DNA of 64,000 nucleotides from Candidatus Limnocylindria bacterium (GTDB taxonomy: Bacteria; Chloroflexota; Limnocylindria; P2-11E), in the NCBI GenBank assembly GCA_050692175.1, contig JBOGTG010000078.1:2088-66087 (forward strand), read 5' to 3'. The notes under the pieces were generated by a model. That model saw nothing but the letters and a program-made list of their open reading frames with translations, searched no databases and was not told the origin of the DNA. Below are positions 27,080 through 36,450 of this stretch, in pieces (positions within the stretch are counted from its first letter, which is position 1; every line of letters begins with the position of its first letter). The position numbers and the translations under genes were made by a program.

Positions 27080-27940
27080 ATGAGGGCGGTCCTCGTGGTG
27101 GCACGTCAGGTCATCAACGAAGCGGCGCGGCGTCGCCTCCTGCTCGCGCTGTTATTGCTCACGCTCGTGGTCATCGCGCTGACCGTGTGGGGCGTCTCGC
27201 GCATCGACGATCTCCGGAACGCCGGTCAGCCGCTCTCCGACGCGCAGAAGAGGACGATCGTGTCGCAGCTCCTGATCCTCGTGATGTTCATGTTCAGCTG
27301 GGTGGTTTCGCTTGCCGCAGTCTTCATCGCGGCCCCGGCGATCTCGGGCGAGCTCGAATCCGGGGTCGCGCTCGCGATCCTCGCGCGCCCCATCTCGCGC
27401 GCCGAGTACGTCGTCGGAAAGTGGCTCGGCCTCGTTGCGCTCGTCGTCGCGTACGGCGTAACGGCGGCGGTGGTGGAGCTCATCGCGGTGCAGGTTGTGA
27501 GCGGTTATCAGCCGCCGCATCCTCTCGAGTTCCTCGGCTTCATACTCGGCGAGGGCATCGCGATCCTCACCTTCGCGCTCATGCTCTCGACGCGTCTTGC
27601 CGGGATGGTCGGCGGCGTCATCGCCGCGATCCTGTTCGGCATCGCGTGGATGGGCGGGATCGTCGGCGGTGTCGGCGCCGCATTCAGCAACACGACCATC
27701 ACGAACGTCGGCACTCTCACCAAGCTCATCCTCCCGACCGACGGACTCTGGCGCGGCGCTGTCTGGAGCCTCGAGCCTTCGATCGTGATCGCCGCACAAC
27801 GGCAGCTCGGCCCCGCCGTCGCGGCGAACCCGTTCTTCGCCGCCGAGCCGCCGCCGGCCGCGTACGTCGCCTGGGCGGTCGTGTGGATCGCGGCGATGTT
27901 GGCCCTCGCGATCTGGAGCTTCCGCTCGCGAGAGGTCTGA
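27080..27940 (+). CDS. ABC-2 type transporter permease
   Basis: 286 aa with six predicted TM helices, directly after the ATPase (1-nt gap). Confidence 0.8.
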   Translation: MRAVLVVARQVINEAARRRLLLALLLLTLVVIALTVWGVSRIDDLRNAGQPLSDAQKRTIVSQLLILVMFMFSWVVSLAAVFIAAPAISGELESGVALAILARPISRAEYVVGKWLGLVALVVAYGVTAAVVELIAVQVVSGYQPPHPLEFLGFILGEGIAILTFALMLSTRLAGMVGGVIAAILFGIAWMGGIVGGVGAAFSNTTITNVGTLTKLILPTDGLWRGAVWSLEPSIVIAAQRQLGPAVAANPFFAAEPPPAAYVAWAVVWIAAMLALAIWSFRSREV

Positions 27941-27957
27941 CCGGCTAGCATCCCCGC

Positions 27958-28548
27958 GTGCCGATCGACCGCGCCTTCTCGCGGCGAGCCGGGGTCCAGG
28001 CTTATCTCATCGCGGGCTTCTCATTGGTCTACGCGGTCGTCTTCCTCGGCTTCGTCCGCGATCACCCCGAGAACACCCAGGCGGCTGCGCTCACCTGGGC
28101 GCTCATCGCGGCCGGGGGTCTCTCTGGAACGATCGCGACCGTCGCGGCGTCCGCCCGCGTTGGCGGAGACGCGCGTTGGTGGCTGACGGCGATCGGAGTC
28201 GGCTACGGCCTTCTTTCCGCGGCGCACGGGGTGTTCGGTGCGATCGCCGAGCAGCAAGGGCTGACCGGCGCGGCCGGCGCACTCAATTCGACCGACCCGC
28301 GAGGCTTCGCAACCTTCGGTCTCGCTGGACTCTGGGCACTCACGCTCGGCCTCGAGACGGTGGCCGGAAACGGCACGTTGCCGCGGAACCTCGGCTGGCT
28401 CGCGATCGTGAGCGGGCTCGATCTCCTCATCCTCTTCGGCGCGACCGTGGCCGCGGCGCAACAGGCGATCCTCGTAGCCGGCGGGCTCGCCTCCGTAATC
28501 CTCGTCCCGGCGTTCTGGATCTGGACAGGACGAGTCCTTCGGGGGTAG
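27958..28548 (+). CDS. hypothetical integral membrane protein
   Basis: 196 aa with five or six hydrophobic helices and high GC3. No recognisable family. Confidence 0.6.
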   Translation: MPIDRAFSRRAGVQAYLIAGFSLVYAVVFLGFVRDHPENTQAAALTWALIAAGGLSGTIATVAASARVGGDARWWLTAIGVGYGLLSAAHGVFGAIAEQQGLTGAAGALNSTDPRGFATFGLAGLWALTLGLETVAGNGTLPRNLGWLAIVSGLDLLILFGATVAAAQQAILVAGGLASVILVPAFWIWTGRVLRG

Positions 28549-28583
28549 GCCGGCTTCTTCACCTTGATCTCGTCCCGGGGGCG

Positions 28584-28940
28584 CTAGTCCGTGATCTGCG
28601 TGTCCGCCGGCCCGAGGATCGACCAGTGGGTCATGTTCTTTCCGGGCTTGGCGCCGTGCCAGTGCCGCGTCTTCGCAGGGATCAGCACGATCACGCCGGG
28701 GGTGAGGTCGTGCTGCTCGGCGTCGGTCGCGATGATCCCGTCGCCGTCGGTGCACATGAGGATCTGATCGGTCGTGTGCATGTGCCAGCGGTTGCGCGCG
28801 CCTGATTTGAAGTGGATCTCCGACAGACGGAGATCGTGACTGTGCTCGCCTCCGACCGCGGTGAACGTCTCGACGTCGCCAGAGAAGATGTCGGCGACGC
28901 TCCTGGTCAGCTTCCGCGCCTCGGGCTTGACCACCCGCAC
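28584..28940 (-). CDS. cupin domain protein
   Basis: RNRWHMHTTDQILMCTDGDG...VLIPAKTRHWHGA matches cupin motifs 1 and 2. 118 aa. Confidence 0.8.
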   Translation of the reverse strand: MRVVKPEARKLTRSVADIFSGDVETFTAVGGEHSHDLRLSEIHFKSGARNRWHMHTTDQILMCTDGDGIIATDAEQHDLTPGVIVLIPAKTRHWHGAKPGKNMTHWSILGPADTQITD

Positions 28941-28969
28941 GCGCGGATGGTCGCACGCGTCGGGCAGAC

Positions 28970-29659
28970 TTGACCACAGTGAATGCGCCGCTGGCCGTCG
29001 AAGCCGTAGGCCTCGAACGGACGTACGCCTCGGGCCGCGCGACCGTCGCCGCCCTCGCGGGGATCACGCTGGGGATTCGGCGCGGCGAGTTCGTGGCCGT
29101 GATGGGCCCGTCCGGCTCAGGCAAGTCGACACTGCTCAACGTCGTCGCCGGCCTGGAGCGGCCGACCGGCGGAACGGTACGTGTCGATGGCGAAGACCTC
29201 GCGAAGCTGGACGAGGAGGCCTTGGCGCGGCATCGCAGCAAGCGGGTCGGCATGGTCTTCCAGGCGTTCAACCTGCTGCCCCGTTACCGCGTCGTCGACA
29301 ACGTCGCCCTCCCGCTCGCTTTCGCGGGCGTGCCGACGGCCGAGCGAATCCAGCGAGCGCGCGCGATGCTCGACCGTCTGGGTATGACCGCGCGCGCCGA
29401 CCATCGCTCGAACGAGCTCTCGGGCGGTGAGCTCCAGCGCGCCGCGATCGCACGTGCGCTCATCGGCGAGCCGGCGATCCTCCTAGCTGACGAGCCAACC
29501 GGGAATCTCGACAGCGCGAACGGCGCCGCGCTGATCGCGCTCTTCGAGGAGCTGCACGCGCACGGGCAGACGGTGCTCCTCGTGACGCACGACGCGCAGA
29601 TCGCCGGACACGCCGAGCGCACGATCCGCATGCGCGATGGCCGGGTGGTCGACGGGTGA
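28970..29659 (+). CDS. ABC transporter ATP-binding protein (MacB/LolD/FtsE type)
   Basis: GPSGSGKSTLLN, LSGGELQRAAIARAL, ILLADEPTGNLD. Confidence 0.9.
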   Translation: MTTVNAPLAVEAVGLERTYASGRATVAALAGITLGIRRGEFVAVMGPSGSGKSTLLNVVAGLERPTGGTVRVDGEDLAKLDEEALARHRSKRVGMVFQAFNLLPRYRVVDNVALPLAFAGVPTAERIQRARAMLDRLGMTARADHRSNELSGGELQRAAIARALIGEPAILLADEPTGNLDSANGAALIALFEELHAHGQTVLLVTHDAQIAGHAERTIRMRDGRVVDG

Positions 29660-30912
29660 GGCCCGGCGATCTTCTCGCCATGTCGCTTGGCAACTACGGC
29701 CGCGCGCGACTTCGCTCGAGTCTCACCACCGCCGGCGTCGCTATCGGCACCGCGCTCGTCGTCCTCTTGATCGCGCTCGCGAGCGGAGCGGAAGACAACG
29801 TGCGCCGCTCGATCTTCTCGATCGGCGACCTGCGCCTCGTCACGGTTCAACCGTTCCAGCCGGGCGCGAGCGGCCTCTCCGCCGTGCCTCGCACGATCAC
29901 CGACGACATCGTGGCGAAGCTCAGAGGCGTGGCTCACGTCGACGGTGTTTACCGGCAGTTCGATGCGCCGCTCGGCATGGTCGTGGAGGGCGGCGAGGAC
30001 GCCACCATCCGCCCGCAGGGTATCGAGCCCGGTGCCCCGATCGACCGCGGTGACCTCTTGGCCGGACGACATCTCGAGGCCGGCGATCGCGCCGTCGCGG
30101 TCATCCCCGGGAACATCGCTCGGCTTCTCGCACCAAACGTTGACGCTGTCGTCGGCAGGAAGGTCACGATGCGCGTCGGCGGCGCGGTGAAGCTCGGCAG
30201 CACGCGCATCGGTGGAAGCGGCACGCCGCGCGATTACCCGGTGACGATCGTCGGCGTGTTCGACGAGCAGGCTTCGCAGACCTCGGTCCGCATCCCACTG
30301 GACGACGCGCTCCTGGTCGGCGCCGAGAACCGCGGACTGACGCCTGATGCGATCCGCGAGACCACTGGGTACAGCGGCCTCGCGGTGGAGGCCGACGACT
30401 CGACGAACGTCGCGAGCATCGTGAATGCCGTGCAGGAGCTCGGCTTCTCGTCCTTCTCGCTGAAGCAGGTCGTCGAGCAGATCGACCAGGGCTTCGGAGT
30501 GTTCAAAGGCATCCTCGCCGGAATCGGCGGCGTTGCGCTGCTCGTCGCGGCGATTGGAATTGCGAACACGATGGTCATGTCGGTGCTCGAGCGGACGCGC
30601 GAGATAGGGATCATGAAGGCGGTCGGTGCGTCGCCGCGCGACATCCGCGCGCTGTTCCTGGCCGAGGCCGCGTATGTCGGCGCGTTCGGTGGGATCCTCG
30701 GGCTCGCCCTTGGGCTCGCTGGCGGTCAGCTCATCGATCGCATCGTTCGGCAACTGAACCCGCGCACGAATCCCGCGGCGATCTTCGTCGTTGGCCCCGA
30801 GCTCGCACTCGGCGCGCTGGCGCTCGCGCTGGGAGTTGCGCTTCTAGCCGGATTCCTGCCAGCGCGCCGCGCGATGCGCATGTCCGCACTCAGCGCGTTG
30901 CGATACGAATAG
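29656..30912 (+). CDS. ABC transporter permease, FtsX/MacB-like
   Basis: 4-nt overlap with the ATPase gene. N-terminal TM helix, a large extracytoplasmic domain, then a C-terminal FtsX domain (ERTREIGIMKAVGASPRDI). Confidence 0.9.
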   Translation: MRPGDLLAMSLGNYGRARLRSSLTTAGVAIGTALVVLLIALASGAEDNVRRSIFSIGDLRLVTVQPFQPGASGLSAVPRTITDDIVAKLRGVAHVDGVYRQFDAPLGMVVEGGEDATIRPQGIEPGAPIDRGDLLAGRHLEAGDRAVAVIPGNIARLLAPNVDAVVGRKVTMRVGGAVKLGSTRIGGSGTPRDYPVTIVGVFDEQASQTSVRIPLDDALLVGAENRGLTPDAIRETTGYSGLAVEADDSTNVASIVNAVQELGFSSFSLKQVVEQIDQGFGVFKGILAGIGGVALLVAAIGIANTMVMSVLERTREIGIMKAVGASPRDIRALFLAEAAYVGAFGGILGLALGLAGGQLIDRIVRQLNPRTNPAAIFVVGPELALGALALALGVALLAGFLPARRAMRMSALSALRYE

Positions 30913-30923
30913 GCCGCTCGGAT

Positions 30924-31472
30924 CTACGCGGCGAGGCCTCGCGTCTTGGCCGTCGCCTCGTCGACCGCCTCGAGGTCGACCTCGATCTTCACTCTCTCAC
31001 CGACCAGGACCCCGCTCGGGACCGGCATGTTCCAGGTTAGCCCGAAGTCGCTCCGGTCGATGGTCAGCGTGGCTGCAGCGCCGAGGTGTTGCCCGCCCTG
31101 AGCGTTTGGCACCACCCCGAGCAGCTCCACGTCGAAGCTGACCGGTCGCGTCACCTCGCGGATCGTGAGGTCGCCGCTGGCGGTGTAGTGGCCATCGCCC
31201 TTCGGGAAGACGGCGTTGCTCTTGAACGTGATCTCGGGGTACTTCTCGGCGTGGAAGAAGTCCGGAGAAGCGAGATGGCCGTCACGCTTCTGGTCGCCGG
31301 TCGTGACTCCCTTCACCTCGACGGTGATCTCGAAGTCGCCCTTTTCGGGCCGCGCTGGATCGAGCTCGATCCGGCCGCGGACCTGACCGAGGCTGCCGCG
31401 AACGGTGCTCAGCATCATGTGCTTGACCGAGAAGGTGACCTTGGTGTGCGATGGGTCGATGTACCAGAACAA
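30924..31472 (-). CDS. YceI family protein
   Basis: WYIDPSHTKVTFSVKHMMLSTVRGSL is the YceI N-terminal signature. The likely start is TTG 31472, 9 nt after the SD GGAGGG. The maximal ORF extends to TTG 31526. Confidence 0.85.
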   Translation of the reverse strand: MFWYIDPSHTKVTFSVKHMMLSTVRGSLGQVRGRIELDPARPEKGDFEITVEVKGVTTGDQKRDGHLASPDFFHAEKYPEITFKSNAVFPKGDGHYTASGDLTIREVTRPVSFDVELLGVVPNAQGGQHLGAAATLTIDRSDFGLTWNMPVPSGVLVGERVKIEVDLEAVDEATAKTRGLAA

Positions 31473-31507
31473 ATGTTTGCTCCCTCCGCCGGCACCGCCG
31501 ACGTGAT

Positions 31508-31542
31508 TAGTTGCTGATACAATCAACTAGTTGCCTAGGCAA
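31508..31542. promoter_or_regulatory. clustered palindromes (probable MarR operator) in AT-rich divergent promoter region
   Basis: TAGTTG-N10-CAACTA (31508-31529), the perfect 10-bp palindrome CAACTAGTTG (31524-31533), and the 12-bp palindrome TTGCCTAGGCAA (31531-31542). Confidence 0.5.
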
Positions 31543-32007
31543 GTTATTCCAAAAACCAGCAAGCGCCGGCTCACGCCGGCGGAGGATCGCGCGTGGCGGG
31601 CGTTCATGGTCGCGTCGGTCGCTGTCACGCGCGGTATGGACCGCGATTCGCTGGCCGCCAACGGGCTGCCTCTGGCGGAGCACCACCTGCTCGCCGTGCT
31701 CGGCGAGGCCGGCGACGCGGGGATACGGCCGACGGATCTGGCCGCGGCATCGACGCTGACGAAGAGCGGTCTCACCCGCGCGGTCGACCGCCTCGAGTCG
31801 GCGAGGCTGATCGAGCGAAGGTCCTGTCCCTCGGACGGCCGCGGTCAGCTCATCGCGCTCACCGCGAAAGGACGGCAGACGCTACGCCGTACGGCGCCCG
31901 AGTTCTTCCGCTCGATCGCGCGCCACTTCGCCGATCACCTGACTGACCGCGACATCGAAGCGGTGGCGACCGCGTTCGAGCGGATCGCCGCGGCGGATCG
32001 CGCCTAG
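31531..32007 (+). CDS. MarR family transcriptional regulator
   Basis: wHTH region: LLAVLGEAGDAGIRPTDLAAASTLTKSGLTRAVDRLESARLIERRSCPSDGRGQLIALTAKG. The start codon is uncertain (TTG 31531 lies inside the palindrome). Confidence 0.85.
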   Translation: MPRQVIPKTSKRRLTPAEDRAWRAFMVASVAVTRGMDRDSLAANGLPLAEHHLLAVLGEAGDAGIRPTDLAAASTLTKSGLTRAVDRLESARLIERRSCPSDGRGQLIALTAKGRQTLRRTAPEFFRSIARHFADHLTDRDIEAVATAFERIAAADRA

Positions 32008-32444
32008 AAGGGTCCGGCGAGCTCCGGCGGGGCGAAGAGCGGCGTCGGCTGCTGCCACCACATGTCCACGAGATCTCCACGCGCCTGCCGCATGAGTGCG
32101 GCGATCGTGTCGGGCGGCTGGTCGCCCGACACGGCGACGACCACGACCTGTCCAGAACGGATCGCCTTCTTGTACCGGCTGGTGACGTCCTTCGGTAGGC
32201 CGCCATTGATCAGCCGCTGCAAGAGCGCCATGATCCCGCCCCACCCCTTGCCGGGAAGCCAGGCCCGGTCTCCGGCGATGAGCTCCGCCCGGCGGCGGTC
32301 GCGGGCGATCACCGAGATGTCCTGCGCGTGCACCCCCGACTCGCGCAGCAGCGTCACTGCGGAGACCGCCGCATCGTCGTCCTCGAACGCAGCGGCCGCG
32401 ACCATGCCACCCGCGATTTCCTGGAGATACGAGGTCGTCGCCAC
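32004..32444 (-). CDS. general stress protein 17M (YflT)-like domain protein
   Basis: VAAAAFEDDDAAVSAVTLLRESGVHAQDISVIARD resembles the YflT/GSP17M N-terminal domain. 146 aa. Confidence 0.6.
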   Translation of the reverse strand: MATTSYLQEIAGGMVAAAAFEDDDAAVSAVTLLRESGVHAQDISVIARDRRRAELIAGDRAWLPGKGWGGIMALLQRLINGGLPKDVTSRYKKAIRSGQVVVVAVSGDQPPDTIAALMRQARGDLVDMWWQQPTPLFAPPELAGPF

Positions 32445-32459
32445 CGCGTCGAATCCTAG

Positions 32460-33716
32460 CTAAGCACGCCACGCGAGGACGGGGATGCGCATCTCCTCGG
32501 GGCTCATGCCTCCGTGCGAGCCGCGATGCCGGAACGTCTGGCCGTCGACTCTCACGATGCTCGCGGCGCGATCGGCCCCCAGCATCGCCAGCACCTCCCC
32601 CACTCGCTCCCGCGCGATGTCCGGGTCCCCGCGCCCGAAGAGCCCGGCCGCGATCGCTTCCTCGCGATCGAGGAAGAAGAAAGTGTCGGGATAGCGGCGC
32701 TCGAGGTGCTGCTTGACCCGATCGGCGTGATCGGTGTGAAGGAAGGCGAGACGCGGCTCCCCGGCGATGGGGTTGCGAAGCATCGACCTGAGCTGCTCGT
32801 CGCCGACGAGATCGATGAGCTTCTCCGGGTCGGTGAAGGCGTGGCCGTGATCGGCCGTCAGCAGCACGAGCGTGTCGCCCGGGGCTCGTGAGGCGAGCGC
32901 GCGTTCCAGCGCTTTGTCGAAGAGCGCGGCCTCCGTCGCGTGATCCGCTGACTGCGGGCCCGAGACGTGCGCGACCGAGTCGATCCCGGCCCAGTACGCG
33001 TACACGTACGCCGGAGCGTCGCCCCATGGACGCTGCTCGAGGAGGTCTCGGAGCCGCACGCTCATTGACGACGGGAGGTAGTACCCCGCGTATCCCGCCT
33101 CGGCCGCGTGCATTCGGGTCATGGCCTCGTTGCGGAAGATCTCGGGCTCGATCACCCACGACGCTCCCCCGCGCTGCCGCAAGCGGGCGTGGACGCTTGG
33201 GACTTTCACATACTCGCGCGGATCGATGCGCTGGTCATCGAAGTACGAGCCGCGCCGGGTCACGCCGGGGCCCCAGCGCAACATCTGCGTGACCGCCGCG
33301 AACTCCTCGAGCCAGGTGAAGTACGCGATGTTGCCGTGCTCCTGCGGCGTGCGCGCCGTGTTCAACGTGGTGATCGCCGCGGCCGTGGTGGAGGGAAAGA
33401 TCGTCGTCGCCTCGATGAGCTGCGCCCGATCGTGGCGCCGTGCGCGCTCGACCATCGACGCGATGAACGGCATGTCGCCCGCTGCGCAGAGGGCGCGCAG
33501 CTGCGCCAGGCCGAGGCCGTCCGCGAGGACGACGACGACCTGCCGAACTCCATCGCGGAGCGCGGGGTCGAGCGCGCGAAGCGGCGGTGGGTCGGTCTCG
33601 TCGCGAACGCCGAGCACATCGAGCACGGTCGCCGCGACGTTGAGAAGACCACCACCCTCGTAGTCGGGTGGCACGAAGCCACGCGCGCGTAGACGCTCCA
33701 TGAGCGCGTCGGGCAT
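32460..33716 (-). CDS. alkaline phosphatase superfamily protein (nucleotide pyrophosphatase/phosphodiesterase type)
   Basis: VVVVLADGLG, FPSTTAAAITTLNT (nucleophile Thr region), DSVAHVSG and LLTADHGH. Confidence 0.85.
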   Translation of the reverse strand: MPDALMERLRARGFVPPDYEGGGLLNVAATVLDVLGVRDETDPPPLRALDPALRDGVRQVVVVLADGLGLAQLRALCAAGDMPFIASMVERARRHDRAQLIEATTIFPSTTAAAITTLNTARTPQEHGNIAYFTWLEEFAAVTQMLRWGPGVTRRGSYFDDQRIDPREYVKVPSVHARLRQRGGASWVIEPEIFRNEAMTRMHAAEAGYAGYYLPSSMSVRLRDLLEQRPWGDAPAYVYAYWAGIDSVAHVSGPQSADHATEAALFDKALERALASRAPGDTLVLLTADHGHAFTDPEKLIDLVGDEQLRSMLRNPIAGEPRLAFLHTDHADRVKQHLERRYPDTFFFLDREEAIAAGLFGRGDPDIARERVGEVLAMLGADRAASIVRVDGQTFRHRGSHGGMSPEEMRIPVLAWRA

Positions 33717-33810
33717 CGGCGGACGATAAGGCCTGCGCGGTGCGGCAAGGCTTCAAGGTCGACGGTCTCTTCAACGACGCGCGGCGACGCTCCGAAGTCG
33801 TGAGATGTGC

Positions 33811-35598
33811 CTAATCCGGGTGCGTGCGCCTCCGGCTAGCCTCGTCGAGCGCACGCCCGAGCGAGACCTCGTCCGCGATCGGCGCGGAACACACGGTGCC
33901 GATGCAGACGTACCCCGCGACGCGATCGGCTGGGAATCCGAGTCGCCCGAGTATCTCGTCGTCGCGGTCTGGCTCCAGCCGGTGCAGCGAGCGGGCTGGG
34001 TCGGTGCTCGCGCGAGCGCGCCGCCAGAGCTCGGTGGCGCTGACGTCGTCGGCCGGCCCGACGACGGTAATGACCAGCGGCTCGGCGAGAGCGCGTGCGA
34101 CGGCGTTCGCGTAGCTCGCCGCAAACTGGCCCCATTGCCGGTACTCGCCGACGAAGCCGCGAAGCGCGCGCAGCGCTAGCTCGCGCCACTCGTTGTCGCC
34201 GCTGAGTGCAGCAAGGCGCAGGAGTCCTTCGGCCGCGAGCGCGTTCTCCTCGATCGGCCGCTCGCGTCGGGAGAGTCGACCAGGCTCACCTGCTTTCTCA
34301 GGGGCGTCGAAGAACCCACCATGCTCGCGATCTTCGAGGCGATCTCGAATCGTCGTCGCGGTGCGAACGGCCAAACCGAGCGCGCGCTTGAGTAGGCCGG
34401 TCTCGTGAGCGTCGAGCAGCGCGATGAGGTGTGCCGCCAGGTCGCCAAGCAGGTTCGGGACCTTCGGACCATCACCCGCGTCGGCGTGATAGAGCGTGTT
34501 CGTTTGCTCGTCCCACATCCGCCCCGACAACGAGCCCAGCGCGTTGTGCGCGCGATCGCCAAAGGCGCCTTCATCGAGCGCTGCCCATGCCGAGAAATAC
34601 GCCGACGCGGCCAGATCGTTCCAGCTCGTGTAGATGGCGCGATCGACGAAGGGCGCGTTGTGTTTGGCGCGCTCGTCCTGCGAGTCAAGCGTGTAGTAGT
34701 GCTCGTCGGCGTCCTGCGACCCTGCCCAGAGCTTCTTGTCCTCCTGCCAGAGGACCGTATCCATCCAGCGGATCACATCGCGGACCACGCGCTCGTAGCC
34801 CGCTGCGGGGAACGAGCGGTGGGCTTCGGCGTAGATCGTGAGGAGGTCGGCGTTGTCTTCGAGCATCTTCTCGTAGTGCGGGATCTCCCACTGCCGGGTC
34901 GTCGAGTAACGGAAGAAGCCGCCCTCGACGTGGTCGTACATCCCGCCCGCCGCCATCGCGCCGAGCGTGCGGTGGAGCATCGTCGCGATCTCGGGGTAGC
35001 CGAATCGGCGGTGCTCGTCGAGCAGAAAGCGGAGCAGCTTCGGCTGCGGGAACTTCGGCTCGCGCCCGAAGCCTCCGAACTGCGGGTCGTACTGACCGCG
35101 CACGAGCGAACCCACCTGATCGACGATCTGGAAGCTGAGATCGCCCGACTTCGGCGCGCGCGCTTCGTTCTCCTTTTCGCGCAGCTCGGCGACGCGGTGC
35201 GCGAGCTCGGATCGCTGCGAGGACCAGAGATCGGCGACCGACGCGAGGTACGACCGCATCGCATCAGGCGGGACGTAGGTGCCGCCGTGGACGATCTCGC
35301 CGTCGGGCGTGAGGAACGCGGTCGTGGGCCAGCCGCCCATGTTGTACCGGCGGTTCACGTCGGGACGCTCGTCGTTGTCGACGCGGATCGGGACATAGCG
35401 CTCGTTGATCAGCCGGATGACTTCGGGATCGCTGTAGCTCGTCTCGTCCATCACGTGGCACCAGTGGCACCACACCGCGCTGATGGCGAGGAGCACGGGC
35501 TTGTCGGAGACCTGCGCTTCCTGGAACGCCTTTTCGCTCCACGGTCGCCAACCGATTTCGGCGGCGCGGTTCGCGCGTGGCGAGAAACGGAAGGTCAC
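33811..35598 (-). CDS. thioredoxin-domain protein (DUF255/YyaL-type, N-terminal thioredoxin fold plus six-hairpin glycosidase-like domain)
   Basis: KPVLLAISAVWCHWCHVMDETSYSD and RPDVNRRYNMGGWPTTAF. The likely start GTG 35598 overlaps the upstream stop (GTGA). The maximal ORF reaches 35661. Confidence 0.9.
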   Translation of the reverse strand: MTFRFSPRANRAAEIGWRPWSEKAFQEAQVSDKPVLLAISAVWCHWCHVMDETSYSDPEVIRLINERYVPIRVDNDERPDVNRRYNMGGWPTTAFLTPDGEIVHGGTYVPPDAMRSYLASVADLWSSQRSELAHRVAELREKENEARAPKSGDLSFQIVDQVGSLVRGQYDPQFGGFGREPKFPQPKLLRFLLDEHRRFGYPEIATMLHRTLGAMAAGGMYDHVEGGFFRYSTTRQWEIPHYEKMLEDNADLLTIYAEAHRSFPAAGYERVVRDVIRWMDTVLWQEDKKLWAGSQDADEHYYTLDSQDERAKHNAPFVDRAIYTSWNDLAASAYFSAWAALDEGAFGDRAHNALGSLSGRMWDEQTNTLYHADAGDGPKVPNLLGDLAAHLIALLDAHETGLLKRALGLAVRTATTIRDRLEDREHGGFFDAPEKAGEPGRLSRRERPIEENALAAEGLLRLAALSGDNEWRELALRALRGFVGEYRQWGQFAASYANAVARALAEPLVITVVGPADDVSATELWRRARASTDPARSLHRLEPDRDDEILGRLGFPADRVAGYVCIGTVCSAPIADEVSLGRALDEASRRRTHPD

Positions 35599-35957
35599 TC
35601 CGGGATCTCGTCCAGCTCGATCTTGTTTCCGAACGGATCGAAGACGTAGGTCCGCCGCCACCCAGGGATCGGATCCGCCTCCTCGAACCGCGCACCTGCG
35701 GCGCGGAGCGTTGTCACGGTAGCGTCGAGGTCATCGACACGCAGCGCGAAATGCCGGCGCGGATGAAGGCCGAGCTCGCGATCCGCGGAGAGATGGACGT
35801 GACCAGGAGGCGCCGCATACCAGATGCCCGCGCGGTCGCGGAGCGTGACCGGACGTTGCAGTTCCGCGAGCCCGAGGGCCTCTCCGTAGAACTTTCGAGC
35901 GCGGGCTTCCTCGCCGGGCGGATAGAACACTTGCGCGTGATGCAAGGAAATCCCCAC
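35595..35957 (-). CDS. VOC family (glyoxalase/bleomycin-resistance fold) protein
   Basis: 120 aa. ISLHHAQVFYP...HFALRVDDLDATVTTLRAAG...YVFDPFGNKIEL. Confidence 0.85.
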   Translation of the reverse strand: MGISLHHAQVFYPPGEEARARKFYGEALGLAELQRPVTLRDRAGIWYAAPPGHVHLSADRELGLHPRRHFALRVDDLDATVTTLRAAGARFEEADPIPGWRRTYVFDPFGNKIELDEIPE

Positions 35958-36045
35958 AAATTCGAGTCTAGGCGGCCAGAAATTCAGTGTTTATCGCGTA
36001 TTTCGTGGGCTATCATTCTTTGTGTAACGCGACGGAGGTGCTGAC

Positions 36046-36444
36046 TTGGCGATCGAGCAGAGCCCGACATCAATCGAGACCCCGCTGGTCTCTCTCACCG
36101 CGAAGGCGACGGACAAGCTCCGCGAGGTTCTCTCGAAGCAGGAGCGGCAAGACCTCGCGCTCCGCGTGTACGTCACGCCGGGTGGATGCTCTGGGTTCTC
36201 GTACGGGATGACGTTCGCCGACGGCACCGAAGAGGATGACGCCATCATCGAGCAGGACGGCGTTCGCGTGGTCGTCGACCCGATGAGCGCGATGTACCTC
36301 AAGGGCTCCGAGATCGACTTCGTCGACGCCCTCATGGGCGGCGGCTTCGCACTCCGCAACCCGAACGCTGTCTCGAGCTGCGGGTGCGGCCAGTCCTTCA
36401 AGACGGCAGACCAGTCCGGCACCGCGAAGGCCTGCTCCCACTAG
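36046..36444 (+). CDS. HesB/IscA/ErpA family iron-sulfur cluster insertion protein
   Basis: LRVYVTPGGCSGFSYGM and the C-terminal CGCGQSF motif. TTG start 7 nt after the SD GGAGG, with an AT-rich promoter region upstream. Confidence 0.9.
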   Translation: MAIEQSPTSIETPLVSLTAKATDKLREVLSKQERQDLALRVYVTPGGCSGFSYGMTFADGTEEDDAIIEQDGVRVVVDPMSAMYLKGSEIDFVDALMGGGFALRNPNAVSSCGCGQSFKTADQSGTAKACSH

Positions 36445-36450
36445 ACGCAT

